From Pyrodictium abyssi (GTDB lineage: Archaea; Thermoproteota; Thermoprotei_A; Sulfolobales; Pyrodictiaceae): a stretch of DNA of 32,000 bases. Where the stretch lies: positions 900,001 to 932,000 of the forward strand of contig NZ_AP028907.1 of assembly GCF_036323395.1 (NCBI RefSeq). Direction: 5' to 3'. Below, piece by piece: positions 10,161 to 18,090 of the stretch; position 1 is the first letter of the stretch, and each line of letters opens with the position of its first letter. The notes beneath the pieces are model-generated. The model did no database searches, had not been told where the DNA came from, and saw only the letters and a list, made by a program, of their open reading frames with translations. Position numbers and translations under genes: made by a program.

Positions 10161-10327
10161 AAGCCGGATAGCCTTAGCTATAGTAGTCGTGGGGTCAAGC
10201 GTCTCGTAGAAACGTAGTGCCAGGGCCAGCTACACCCGGTACCAGCATCTATGCTAGGGAGTGATTAGAATCCTTTTTCTCGCAGCGAGGCGTTACACCA
10301 GGATATGTAGTAACGTGGTGGTCAGGT

Positions 10328-10651
10328 GTGGAGGAAGCACTACGTGCATATATAACTGAGGGAGATGGGTACGTAGATATACAGATCTATGTGAAGCCCG
10401 AGGCAAGGTTTACCGGACTACGTCTAGAGGCAGGGGATCTCGTATTCTACACCGAGGAGCCGCCGGTAGAGGGCCGCGCAAACGCGAGCATAATCCGGTT
10501 CTTCTCGAGGCTCTTCCGTGTCTCGCCCTCGATGGTGGACATAGTATATGGGGCGCGGAGCCGCACTAAGCGGATACGCGTCAAGGGGGTGACAGCGGAC
10601 CAGGCAATCCAGAAGATAATCGAGGCGCTACGGGAGAGCGAGGGAAGCTAG
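10328..10651 (+). CDS. DUF167 (YggU-like) family protein
   Basis: 107 aa; IQIYVKPEARFTGLRLEAGDLVFYTEEPPVEGRANASIIRFFSRLFRVSPSMVDIVYGARSRTKRIRVKG is diagnostic of the family. Confidence 0.88.
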   Translation: MEEALRAYITEGDGYVDIQIYVKPEARFTGLRLEAGDLVFYTEEPPVEGRANASIIRFFSRLFRVSPSMVDIVYGARSRTKRIRVKGVTADQAIQKIIEALRESEGS

Positions 10652-10705
10652 AGCCTACTTATCCTGGCGGGCTTTACTGGGCTACAGCCGCGGGGGCTAT
10701 GCGTT

Positions 10706-12703
10706 TTGCCAGAGCAGCCGTCAAGGAAAGTATACGAGTCGGCGCCCCAGCGTGTGCTAGCCAGAGCAGTAGCAGCGGTGCTCGAGCAGCAGGGAGTAGA
10801 GCTAAGCCAGCAAGAGCGCCAACAGATAGAATACATAGTGGCCGAGTCCCCGAGGCCAGAGCTAGGAGACTATGGGATACCACTAGCGAGGTATGCGAAG
10901 CGCTACAGAATAAACATGGATAAGTTCTTCGAGGAGGCATCAGTCCTGCTTACGAGAGAGCCCATTGTGGCCGAAGCTAAGCGTGTCGGGGGCTACCTCA
11001 ACATAGCGATAGACGCTGCGAACGCAGCAAGGCTTGTCTTCGAGGCAGTCCGCCTTGAGGGGTTTGACTACGGCCGCGTAAAGACCGATAAGCCGGAGAG
11101 AATAGTAGTAGAGCATACCAGTGCTAACCCTGTACACCCCCTCCACATAGGCCACGCGAGGAATGCTAGCCTCGGCGACGCCCTGGCACGTTTACTCCGT
11201 GCGCGGGGCCACATAGTCCAGACACGGTTCTACATAAACGACATGGGGCGCCAGGTAGCAGTACTAGCCTACGGCTACATAGCCGCCGGCCTAGACAAGC
11301 CGCCCGAGGGTGTGAAGCCCGACCACTGGATAGGCCTAGTCTACGCGATAACACACACACTGGCCGACATAGAGGAGCTGAAGAAGAAGCTGGAGCAGCT
11401 CAAGAAGGAGGAGAAGTACGACGAGTACCGCCAGCTCCTCCGCGAGCTCGACGAGCTAGTAGCGGTAGCCTCTAGGCTGAGAGAGCGCGACCCAGAACTC
11501 TTCGGGCGGATAGCTGACGCCATAAAGGGCAGCGACCCTGCTGCAGAGATTTCGAAGCTGATGCAGATCTACGAGTACCGCCGCGACCCCGAGAAGGTCG
11601 AGCTGTTCCGCAGAGTAGTAGAGCTATGCCTTCAGGGCTTCCGCGAGACACTCTCAAGGCTCGGCATAGAGATAGAGAAGTGGGACTGGGAGAGCGAGCT
11701 AGCATGGACCAGCATGGTCTCCAAGATACTCGAGCAAGCCCGCCGTAGCCCCTACGCCACGGTGCACAAGGGTGCTCTCGCCCTAAACCTGCAGCCCTTG
11801 CTCCGCGACCCAGTAGTCCGGGAACGGCTAGGCCTATCCGAGGACTACGAGGTGCCGCCACTAATACTCCAGAGGAGTGATGGTACGACGCTCTACACTA
11901 CCAGGGACATAGCCTACAGCATCAAGAAGTTCAGGGAGTTCAACGCCGACCGTGTATTCAACGTGATAGCGGCGGAGCAGAGGCTGGAACAGCTACAGGT
12001 AAGGCTAGCACTCATAGCGCTCGGGTACCGCCGCGAAGGGCTAAACCTGGTGCACTACGCCTACGAGATAGTAAACCTCCCTGGCCAGAAGATGAGCGGC
12101 CGCCGCGGCCGCTACATAACCCTCGACGAGCTAATAGACCAAGCAGTGGCGATAGCCCGCCAGGAGGTAGAGAAGCGGAGCCCAGACCTACCCGAAGAGG
12201 AGAAACAAAGGATAGCCGAGGCAGTAGGTACAGCAGCGGTACGCTACACCCTAGTATCAGTATCCGCGCCAAAGCCCATGACCTTCAACATCGACGAGGC
12301 GCTAAACTTTGACCGGAACAGTGCCCCCTACATACTATACACACACGCCCGCGCAGCCAGCATACTATCGAAGGCCCGCGAGCGCGGCATACAGCTAGAC
12401 TGGAACAGCATAGACTACAGCGCAGCTAGCGAGAACCAGCTCCGCCGCAGCCTGGTGATCCAAGCCCTAGTCTACCCCTACGTCTTCGCCAAGGCGGCCG
12501 ACGAGCAGCGCCCAGAACTGATAGTAGCCTACCTCAACAGGCTAGCAGACACCTTCAACAAGTGGTACACCAGCGGCGATAACGCCGTCAACGAGCCGGA
12601 CAGAAGAAAGCAAATGTTCAAACTAGCGCTAGTATACACAGTCAAGCAGATACTCGCGAACGCCCTAGACCTGCTAGGCATAAAAGCAATAGACCGGATG
12701 TAA
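10706..12703 (+). CDS. argS: Arginyl-tRNA synthetase
   Basis: 665 aa; VVEHTSANPVHPLHIGHARNASLGDALARLLRARGH, YTTRDIAYSIKKF, KMSGRRGRYITLDELID and the C-terminal anticodon-binding domain ending ...LGIKAIDRM. Confidence 0.97.
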   Translation: MPEQPSRKVYESAPQRVLARAVAAVLEQQGVELSQQERQQIEYIVAESPRPELGDYGIPLARYAKRYRINMDKFFEEASVLLTREPIVAEAKRVGGYLNIAIDAANAARLVFEAVRLEGFDYGRVKTDKPERIVVEHTSANPVHPLHIGHARNASLGDALARLLRARGHIVQTRFYINDMGRQVAVLAYGYIAAGLDKPPEGVKPDHWIGLVYAITHTLADIEELKKKLEQLKKEEKYDEYRQLLRELDELVAVASRLRERDPELFGRIADAIKGSDPAAEISKLMQIYEYRRDPEKVELFRRVVELCLQGFRETLSRLGIEIEKWDWESELAWTSMVSKILEQARRSPYATVHKGALALNLQPLLRDPVVRERLGLSEDYEVPPLILQRSDGTTLYTTRDIAYSIKKFREFNADRVFNVIAAEQRLEQLQVRLALIALGYRREGLNLVHYAYEIVNLPGQKMSGRRGRYITLDELIDQAVAIARQEVEKRSPDLPEEEKQRIAEAVGTAAVRYTLVSVSAPKPMTFNIDEALNFDRNSAPYILYTHARAASILSKARERGIQLDWNSIDYSAASENQLRRSLVIQALVYPYVFAKAADEQRPELIVAYLNRLADTFNKWYTSGDNAVNEPDRRKQMFKLALVYTVKQILANALDLLGIKAIDRM

Positions 12704-12737
12704 TAGAAGCACCTACCCGGCCAGCCTCCAGAAAGGC

Positions 12738-12815
12738 GGGCCCGTAGCCTAGCTAGGATAGGGCGCCGGCCTTCGGAGCCGGAGGTCCGGGGTTCAAATC
12801 CCCGCGGGCCCGCCA
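12738..12815 (+). tRNA. tRNA-Arg (anticodon TCG), CCA encoded
   Basis: Manual fold: acceptor GGGCCCG/CGGGCCC; D arm GCCT-AGCTAGGATA-GGGC; anticodon arm CCGGC-CTTCGGA-GCCGG; variable AGGTC; T arm CGGGG-TTCAAAT-CCCCG; discriminator G plus CCA. 78 nt total. Confidence 0.95.
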
Positions 12816-12849
12816 CACTTATAAAACCCACCATCGCCGGTAGGATAAC

Positions 12850-12858
12850 CCTTATAAG
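12850..12858 (+). promoter_or_regulatory. TATA-box-like element upstream of the integrase gene
   Basis: CTTATAAGT-type motif about 20-40 bp upstream of an inverted repeat and the likely ATG start at 12914. A second similar motif (cttataaaa) lies at about 12818. Confidence 0.4.
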
Positions 12859-12868
12859 TTTTCTCCGG

Positions 12869-12898
12869 TGTTTCAGCTTCTTGGAGCAGGCTGAAACA
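12869..12898. repeat. Perfect 9-bp inverted repeat TGTTTCAGC-N12-GCTGAAACA
   Basis: Direct reading of TGTTTCAGCTTCTTGGAGCAGGCTGAAACA, placed between a TATA-like box and the integrase ATG. Confidence 0.85.
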
Positions 12899-12913
12899 TC
12901 AAAAGTGGTATTC

Positions 12914-13621
12914 ATGTCTGACAAGCAGGAGTGGTGGGAGACCGTTGATCCGGCCAAGCTCGGCGAGGATGTACGATACCGTATCCTAGTCCGTGTTGTC
13001 GAAAAGTATGGCCGTAAGAGGGTTCGCGAGGAGACGGGTATTAGTAGGGTCACCTTGTGGAGACTCATTGAGAGGAAGAGCCCAGTCAAGCCAGAGTACG
13101 TTAAGCCACTACTAAAGCTGCTATCGAGAGAAGAATTTGAAGAACTGGTATCGACAAGGGAGAAGCTTAAGGCCCTAGGCATACTAAGAGATGATGGAAC
13201 TATAGACTATAGCCTCGCCCTAGAGATACTAGCAGTAGCCAAGGACGACGAGTACCTCAAGAACGCGCTGCTAAGGTTCGTTGTCCAGGAGTTCCGGGAA
13301 GACCTCAAGAAGATGCTCGGGATAAGCTTCGCTGGAATAGTGTTGCAGTGGACGGAAGACTTTGAACAGTTTCTTGCTGAGCGTAAGAAGCGTAGAAAGG
13401 TGAAGGACCCAGAAACCCTAAAGTATTACAGAAGCTTGTTCATGAAGTACCTCGAGGGAAAGGAGCTATCCGAGGAGCTTATCGACTACGTTGTAAGCCA
13501 TCCCAACAAGTGGCTAAGGAACGTGTTCAGGCACTACATCCAGTACCTGTACTATAGGAGGAAGATTAGTCCAGAGACATTCGGGTGGATAATGGAGGTA
13601 GTACCGTACAAGAAGTTATAG
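12914..13621 (+). CDS. N-terminal portion of archaeal tyrosine recombinase/integrase (HTH plus core-binding-like region)
   Basis: HTH-like VVEKYGRKRVREETGISRVTLWRLIE followed by SAM-like helices (EDFEQFLAERKKRRKVKDPETLKYYRSLFMKYLEGKELSEELIDYVVSHPNKWLRNVFRHYIQYLYYRRKISPE). It ends at TAG 13619-13621 and the catalytic half follows in the next frame. The track start is TTG 12881. Confidence 0.75.
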   Translation: MSDKQEWWETVDPAKLGEDVRYRILVRVVEKYGRKRVREETGISRVTLWRLIERKSPVKPEYVKPLLKLLSREEFEELVSTREKLKALGILRDDGTIDYSLALEILAVAKDDEYLKNALLRFVVQEFREDLKKMLGISFAGIVLQWTEDFEQFLAERKKRRKVKDPETLKYYRSLFMKYLEGKELSEELIDYVVSHPNKWLRNVFRHYIQYLYYRRKISPETFGWIMEVVPYKKL

Positions 13622-13628
13622 GCTTGAT

Positions 13629-14210
13629 GTGAGACCCTACCCGATAGAGTTGGAGGATGTTAGGAAAATGCTTGAATACCTCAAGGACCGCCACAAGGTC
13701 TACTACACCGTTTATCGTGTTATGCTTGAGAGTGGTGCCAGGTTTGAGCACGTGCTCCGGATGATAGAGACGTGGAGCCCCAGGGAGAGGGTTGAGATAC
13801 CCGGCACTAACATCGTTACGAGGAGGCTCGTGTGCTTCGATGATAAAGGCTTCTGCCGCTACTACATGGGGCTAAGGGAGGGAACCAAGCCCTGCGAATG
13901 GGTGTACTTCTCAACGGAGACCCTGGAGTTGCTAGGCCAGGTCGCTCCCAGACATATCAACCGGCACCAGGTGAGGAAGTATGCTGAGAGGCATAATCTC
14001 GTACTACCGAAGTATATGAGGAAGGTCTCGTGGAGGCTAATGGTGAAAGCAATGAGCAGGGAGACCGCCAGATTCATACAGAGCCGCCTAGGAGAGCTGA
14101 GGATAAGTGAGGCACGCTACGAAGACCTCCTAAGCGAGGCAGACCAACAGTACCCAGCATACCTGAAGCTACTAGAGGAGACCCTATCACCATCTATAAG
14201 CAAAGTCTAG
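13629..14210 (+). CDS. Catalytic C-terminal portion of archaeal tyrosine recombinase/integrase (SSV/pNOB8-like)
   Basis: Arg motif SGARFEHVLRM, KYMRK (KxxR-type variant of HxxR) and SEARYEDLLSEADQQYPAYLK with a candidate nucleophilic Tyr. GTG start; the open frame extends upstream past 13602. Confidence 0.75.
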   Translation: MRPYPIELEDVRKMLEYLKDRHKVYYTVYRVMLESGARFEHVLRMIETWSPRERVEIPGTNIVTRRLVCFDDKGFCRYYMGLREGTKPCEWVYFSTETLELLGQVAPRHINRHQVRKYAERHNLVLPKYMRKVSWRLMVKAMSRETARFIQSRLGELRISEARYEDLLSEADQQYPAYLKLLEETLSPSISKV

Positions 14211-14234
14211 AGAGGCTAGTTTACGGTATCAGGC

Positions 14235-14519
14235 TTACCCTATCCGCCTTTGGAACTTCTCGTATATCTCGTCCCGGTGCCCCACTGCGACTATGTAGAC
14301 GGTGTCACGGCTCGGGATGTAGCAGTAGATGAGGCGGTAGTCTCCTCTCCGGAGCTTGAAGCAGTATAGGCCCCTGAGGCTCGCCGGGAGGCGGAGCCTC
14401 TCGCCGATAAAGGGGTCTCTTTCCAGTTCCCCGACAGCCTCTAGAACCCACTCGACAACCTCCCTCGGCAATCGCTTCAAGTCGCGCCTTGCAGAACCCT
14501 CAATGCGGACCTCCGGCAA
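14235..14519 (-). CDS. RelE/ParE-superfamily toxin-like protein
   Basis: 94 aa; VRIEGSARRDLKRLPREVVEWVLEAVGELERDPFIGERLRLPASLRGLYCFKLRRGDYRLIYCYIPSRDTVYIVAVGHRDEIYE matches the RelE fold pattern (KxLxxLP, GLYxxRxGDYRxIY, VxxVGHR). Confidence 0.9.
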   Translation of the reverse strand: MPEVRIEGSARRDLKRLPREVVEWVLEAVGELERDPFIGERLRLPASLRGLYCFKLRRGDYRLIYCYIPSRDTVYIVAVGHRDEIYEKFQRRIG

Positions 14520-14558
14520 CCCCGGCAGAACCCCGAGACGCTCAGTGCGAGGTATGGC

Positions 14559-14792
14559 TTAGGGGCTACGTTTTCCCTCCTCCCTCTTCTTCTCGCGTAG
14601 AATCTCCTCGACAGCCTCTCTGGCTGGCTCCGTGCCTCGGTCGAGTAGTATATTCAGTGTCCTTTTTGCCAGCTCGCGGCGAAACTCCTCCCTATAGACA
14701 CCCTCCTCGTCACCCTCTGGAACCTCAACCTCCACCACAACCCTAACCCGGGACGCCCCCAGAGACACCCTCACACCACCATACCAGCGCAT
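14559..14792 (-). CDS. Candidate antitoxin partner of the RelE-like toxin
   Basis: Small acidic/helical protein immediately upstream of the toxin on the same strand: VVVEVEVPEGDEEGVYREEFRRELAKRTLNILLDRGTEPAREAVEEILREKKREEGKRSP. The ORF opens at 14852; ATG at 14792 is a plausible start. Confidence 0.5.
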   Translation of the reverse strand: MRWYGGVRVSLGASRVRVVVEVEVPEGDEEGVYREEFRRELAKRTLNILLDRGTEPAREAVEEILREKKREEGKRSP

Positions 14793-14950
14793 GCAGATAG
14801 CCACCGCATCACCGCTCCCAACATCATCGCTCCGCGGCGGCCGCCGTCCCACAGCCCCCCAAAGGGGCTCAACGGCGGCTAACCATTGCCTACTGTAGTA
14901 TGGCTCTATAGAGCTTTATTAAGGTTTCATCTGCCTAGCATTGTCTGTCT

Positions 14951-15964
14951 TCACTTCTTGCCCTGGATAAACTTCGTGAAGACTTCTATAGCGCTGGCTA
15001 GCGAGTGTGCACCAGCTTCTCTTGCTAGCTTGATCATTTTGCTTGGTGTTATGATGTTTACGTTCAAGCCTTCACTACACATCTTCATGTTTTGCTCCTC
15101 AACTGCTTTACGTACTCTGGCCTTAAATTTGTCCTCCCACTCCTCGGTAACTTCATTGAACGTTATGGCTGCTACCTCTCTTACGCATACATCTCTGCCA
15201 ATCTCGTAGCTCCGGGTCTCCTCGTATAAAGGCTTCAGCTTCCCCGCGACGAGCTTCTCTGGGCTGAGCTTCCTAGGGTTTACCTTCACCTCTGCCAGAT
15301 GTAGCTTGACAACGCCGAACTCAACATCTCTGGCTATGAGGTCCAGCTCGGTGATCTTCTCGCCAGCTACCCTAGCCCAGCGCTTCTCGGCTAGACGCCA
15401 CGCACCACCCTTCACGACTGCTAGGAAGGCTATGGCAAGGGCCTCCGCTATGTAGCCAAGTCCATCCCTGCCGACCTGCCTTAACTCATCTTCTGTAAGC
15501 CCGTGCCTAGCAATACGGTCTGCTAACTGGCCATAAGCAGCCCCAAGGTCCCGAATAAGCAGCTGTAAAGTGAAGCCAAGGTCGGAGGCAAGATCCTCCA
15601 CTGCAAACCCTATGGTGCTTCTTAGAATCTCGGGGAGACGTTCAGACAGCTCCTCAGCTATAGGGGGAGGAACAGGGATAGGGAGTGCAAGAAGAATAGT
15701 CCTTCTCAGGCTAGCTAGTAGCGTCTCTAGACTAGGCACGCACTCATAGCTGCCCGCTAGCTCCTTGAGCTTAGCTAACAATGCCGTTAGAGACCTTGGC
15801 CTATACCCACCTCCATACGTTCGTGCAAGAAACTCTACATCCGCGACAACACTATCTACTAATTCAACGAACTCCGAGTAGGGTAGACATCCCTCCCTCC
15901 GGAGCTTTGTGAATAGTTCCTCTATTCGCTCCAGTCTCCTAATCCTATCTGTGAGCGCTTTCAC
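14951..15964 (-). CDS. Putative PD-(D/E)XK-type nuclease with long helical N-terminal region
   Basis: 337 aa; GEKITELDLIARDVEFGVVKLHLAEVKVNPRK has the D...ExK arrangement of PD-(D/E)XK nucleases. Confidence 0.6.
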   Translation of the reverse strand: MKALTDRIRRLERIEELFTKLRREGCLPYSEFVELVDSVVADVEFLARTYGGGYRPRSLTALLAKLKELAGSYECVPSLETLLASLRRTILLALPIPVPPPIAEELSERLPEILRSTIGFAVEDLASDLGFTLQLLIRDLGAAYGQLADRIARHGLTEDELRQVGRDGLGYIAEALAIAFLAVVKGGAWRLAEKRWARVAGEKITELDLIARDVEFGVVKLHLAEVKVNPRKLSPEKLVAGKLKPLYEETRSYEIGRDVCVREVAAITFNEVTEEWEDKFKARVRKAVEEQNMKMCSEGLNVNIITPSKMIKLAREAGAHSLASAIEVFTKFIQGKK

Positions 15965-15971
15965 GTCAAAG

Positions 15972-16520
15972 CTAGCGAGCAGAGCTACCTCCCCATAATC
16001 TAGGGATTATTTTGGTAAGCTTATGTACTTGCTCTGGGCTTAGTCTCACATAGCCGGCCCTGTAGAGGGAGTAGATTACCGGGTACTTCAGATGCATGAA
16101 GACCTCGGCTATAGATTTATCATTCTCGGCTTTCTCCTCCACTAAGTGCCTCCATGTTGGTATGTTGTACTTCTCCCCGTAGCGTAGGTTATACTCAAGC
16201 TTCTCGACGTAGTCTTCTAGGCTCTTCTCTGGATCGGGGTACTCCTTCAGACACTTCTTCAACCACTCAACGGCCTCCTCCTTGGTTACTAGGGGTGGTA
16301 GCTTTCCATCCCTGGTTTTCGGACCCTTGATTGCTACTGGTAGTACTGCCCAACAAAACGCTAGCCTTCCATCGGGTATGGGTATCTTCTCCTTGACAAG
16401 CACCTCAACCCATCCAAATCCTTCTAGCCTAGCATCGTATTCTATCTCCCCGAGGATGGGATCAACAGCTCTTCTCCACTCGGATATTGTAAGAGTTTTC
16501 AATGGTTTTCGCTTCGGCAA
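15972..16520 (-). CDS. Uncharacterised protein co-oriented with the putative nuclease; possibly 5'-truncated
   Basis: 182 aa from TTG; stop is 7 bp upstream of the nuclease GTG. The frame stays open and protein-like upstream (...GRIVNPEKYLRVLGFFLALEESDLRLNIELPKRK) to about 16620 with no ATG/GTG/TTG. Confidence 0.55.
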   Translation of the reverse strand: MPKRKPLKTLTISEWRRAVDPILGEIEYDARLEGFGWVEVLVKEKIPIPDGRLAFCWAVLPVAIKGPKTRDGKLPPLVTKEEAVEWLKKCLKEYPDPEKSLEDYVEKLEYNLRYGEKYNIPTWRHLVEEKAENDKSIAEVFMHLKYPVIYSLYRAGYVRLSPEQVHKLTKIIPRLWGGSSAR

Positions 16521-16606
16521 CTCGATGTTTAGCCTGAGGTCTGACTCCTCTAGCGCTAGGAAGAAGCCTAGTACCCTCAGATACTTCTCTGGATTTACTA
16601 TCCTAC

Positions 16607-16847
16607 CCCAGGGACGTGCCTAAAGTTATTGAGCTATCCAGGAAGATGTACAGGAAAATTAAACAGAAATCTAATATGGGCAACAGTGTATAGCGCATTC
16701 GCTATACCGGCTGCTGCAGGAGCATTCTACGGTATGGGGTTCCTACTGCCTCCAGCTCTAGGAGCGTTGTTCATGTCGCTAAGCACTGTGATTGTGGCAG
16801 TAAATGCTAGCCTATCTAAGATAACATTCTACGCTCCACCAATATAG
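16607..16847 (+). pseudogene. C-terminal remnant of a copper/heavy-metal P1B-type ATPase (CopA-like)
   Basis: PRDVPKVIELSRKMYRKIKQ in one frame is followed, after one extra nucleotide near 16667, by NLIWATVYSAFAIPAAAGAFYGMGFLLPPALGALFMSLSTVIVAVNASLSKI. This is the canonical end of P1B ATPases; the remainder of the gene is absent. Confidence 0.85.
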
Positions 16848-17156
16848 TGCTCGGCTTAAGCTCCCACATGGTCCTGGTCATTTACTGTCAGTATAGCTGA
16901 ATCTGGCTTCCCAGAAAGGCGTCATCTTTGTGCCAAGGAGTGTCAGCTATGTTGTAAGGGGCTATACAGGAATATGTGGCGCCTAGCTGCAAGCTGGATA
17001 GGATCTAAAGGGTGTGTACTGGGGTAGGGCTTGCGAGGGTTCACTCAGTATACTGAAAGGCCCGAAGATTTGTGGCACAGTACTAATTTATCATATACGA
17101 GGGGCTGTGTTTAAAATTGGTAAATCAAGCAGAACAAGGAATGGTGAGTCCTTGCC

Positions 17157-17858
17157 ATGAAGCGGCTTCTACCTGTACTCGGCATACTAGCCTTCATGGT
17201 AGTAATTGGTGATGCCGCCCTCCATGCAAGCTCGATGAGCAACGGCGCTCCCCAGCTGAACTGTGTCCAGTGCCACGTAGGCGCAGATAAGAATCCTGCA
17301 GAGCTAGTAATTGAGGGACTCCCCGAGAAGTATGGGCCAGGCAAGACCTACAAGATAACAGTCAAGATAACAAAGGGTCCCGACTGCAGTGGCGGTGTTG
17401 CCTGTGGCGGCTTTGCAGTGCAGGTTAACGCTGGCGAGCTCGTGGTAACAGACGAAAAGAACACATTCATATCCACGACGCCAACTGGCGAGAAGCTACT
17501 AACACACACCAAGGATGGCTCTATGCTGCGCGAGTGGACCTTTGAGTGGAAGGCCCCCGACAAGCCTGAGCCGGTAACATTCAAGATAGCCGTAATTGCT
17601 GCCAATGGCGACGGTAGCTTCAACGGCGATGCCTATGCGTTTAAGGAGATAAGCATTGAGCCGACCAGTGGTGAGCAGGCGCAGACCCAAACACCGACAG
17701 TAACAACCAAGGTAGTCACCGAGACAAAGACCTCTACAACGGTTACAACAACACCGGCTGGCACCGTAAAGGAGCACAATACAGCAATGGCTATCGGCGT
17801 GGCAATAGTGGTGTTCATAATAGTAGTTGGCGGCTATCTAATGCTGACAAGGAAGTAG
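17157..17858 (+). CDS. Secreted/membrane-anchored monoheme c-type protein with Reeler/choice-of-anchor-V-like domain
   Basis: Signal peptide, CVQCH heme motif followed by a beta-rich domain (PGKTYKITVKI...REWTFEWKAPDKPEPVTFKIAVIAANGDGSFNGDAYAFKEI), Thr-rich stalk TPTVTTKVVTETKTSTTVTTTPAG and a C-terminal TM helix. Confidence 0.75.
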   Translation: MKRLLPVLGILAFMVVIGDAALHASSMSNGAPQLNCVQCHVGADKNPAELVIEGLPEKYGPGKTYKITVKITKGPDCSGGVACGGFAVQVNAGELVVTDEKNTFISTTPTGEKLLTHTKDGSMLREWTFEWKAPDKPEPVTFKIAVIAANGDGSFNGDAYAFKEISIEPTSGEQAQTQTPTVTTKVVTETKTSTTVTTTPAGTVKEHNTAMAIGVAIVVFIIVVGGYLMLTRK

Positions 17859-18090
17859 CCGGGCACGCCTTAAGCGTTTTGGATAGCTGAATCGTCAAAG
17901 TTCAAGATATTTTTAATAACTATTATTTTCTAACACTAGAGTCTTCTAGCCGGCCGTAGATGGTCTAGAGTATTCCTATGCACCGTATATCGCGTCCACT
18001 AAAAATCCACGGCTACATTTGTTGCATAGTATGCCCGGGTGCGCGTCTCGTTGGCTGCCCTGGTTTAGCAGAATAAGGTGGAAGGCAATC

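Noticed and set aside
11166-11861. Antisense/overlapping ORFs within argS (11166..11360, 11472..11861)
   Set aside because: Arg/Pro/Ser-rich shadow ORFs inside a confidently identified gene.
16282-16623. Plus-strand 113 aa ORF as a real gene
   Set aside because: It is antisense to the better-supported 182 aa minus-strand frame and looks like low-quality codon shadow. Only the sequence after about 16607 carries real ATPase similarity, and in a different frame.
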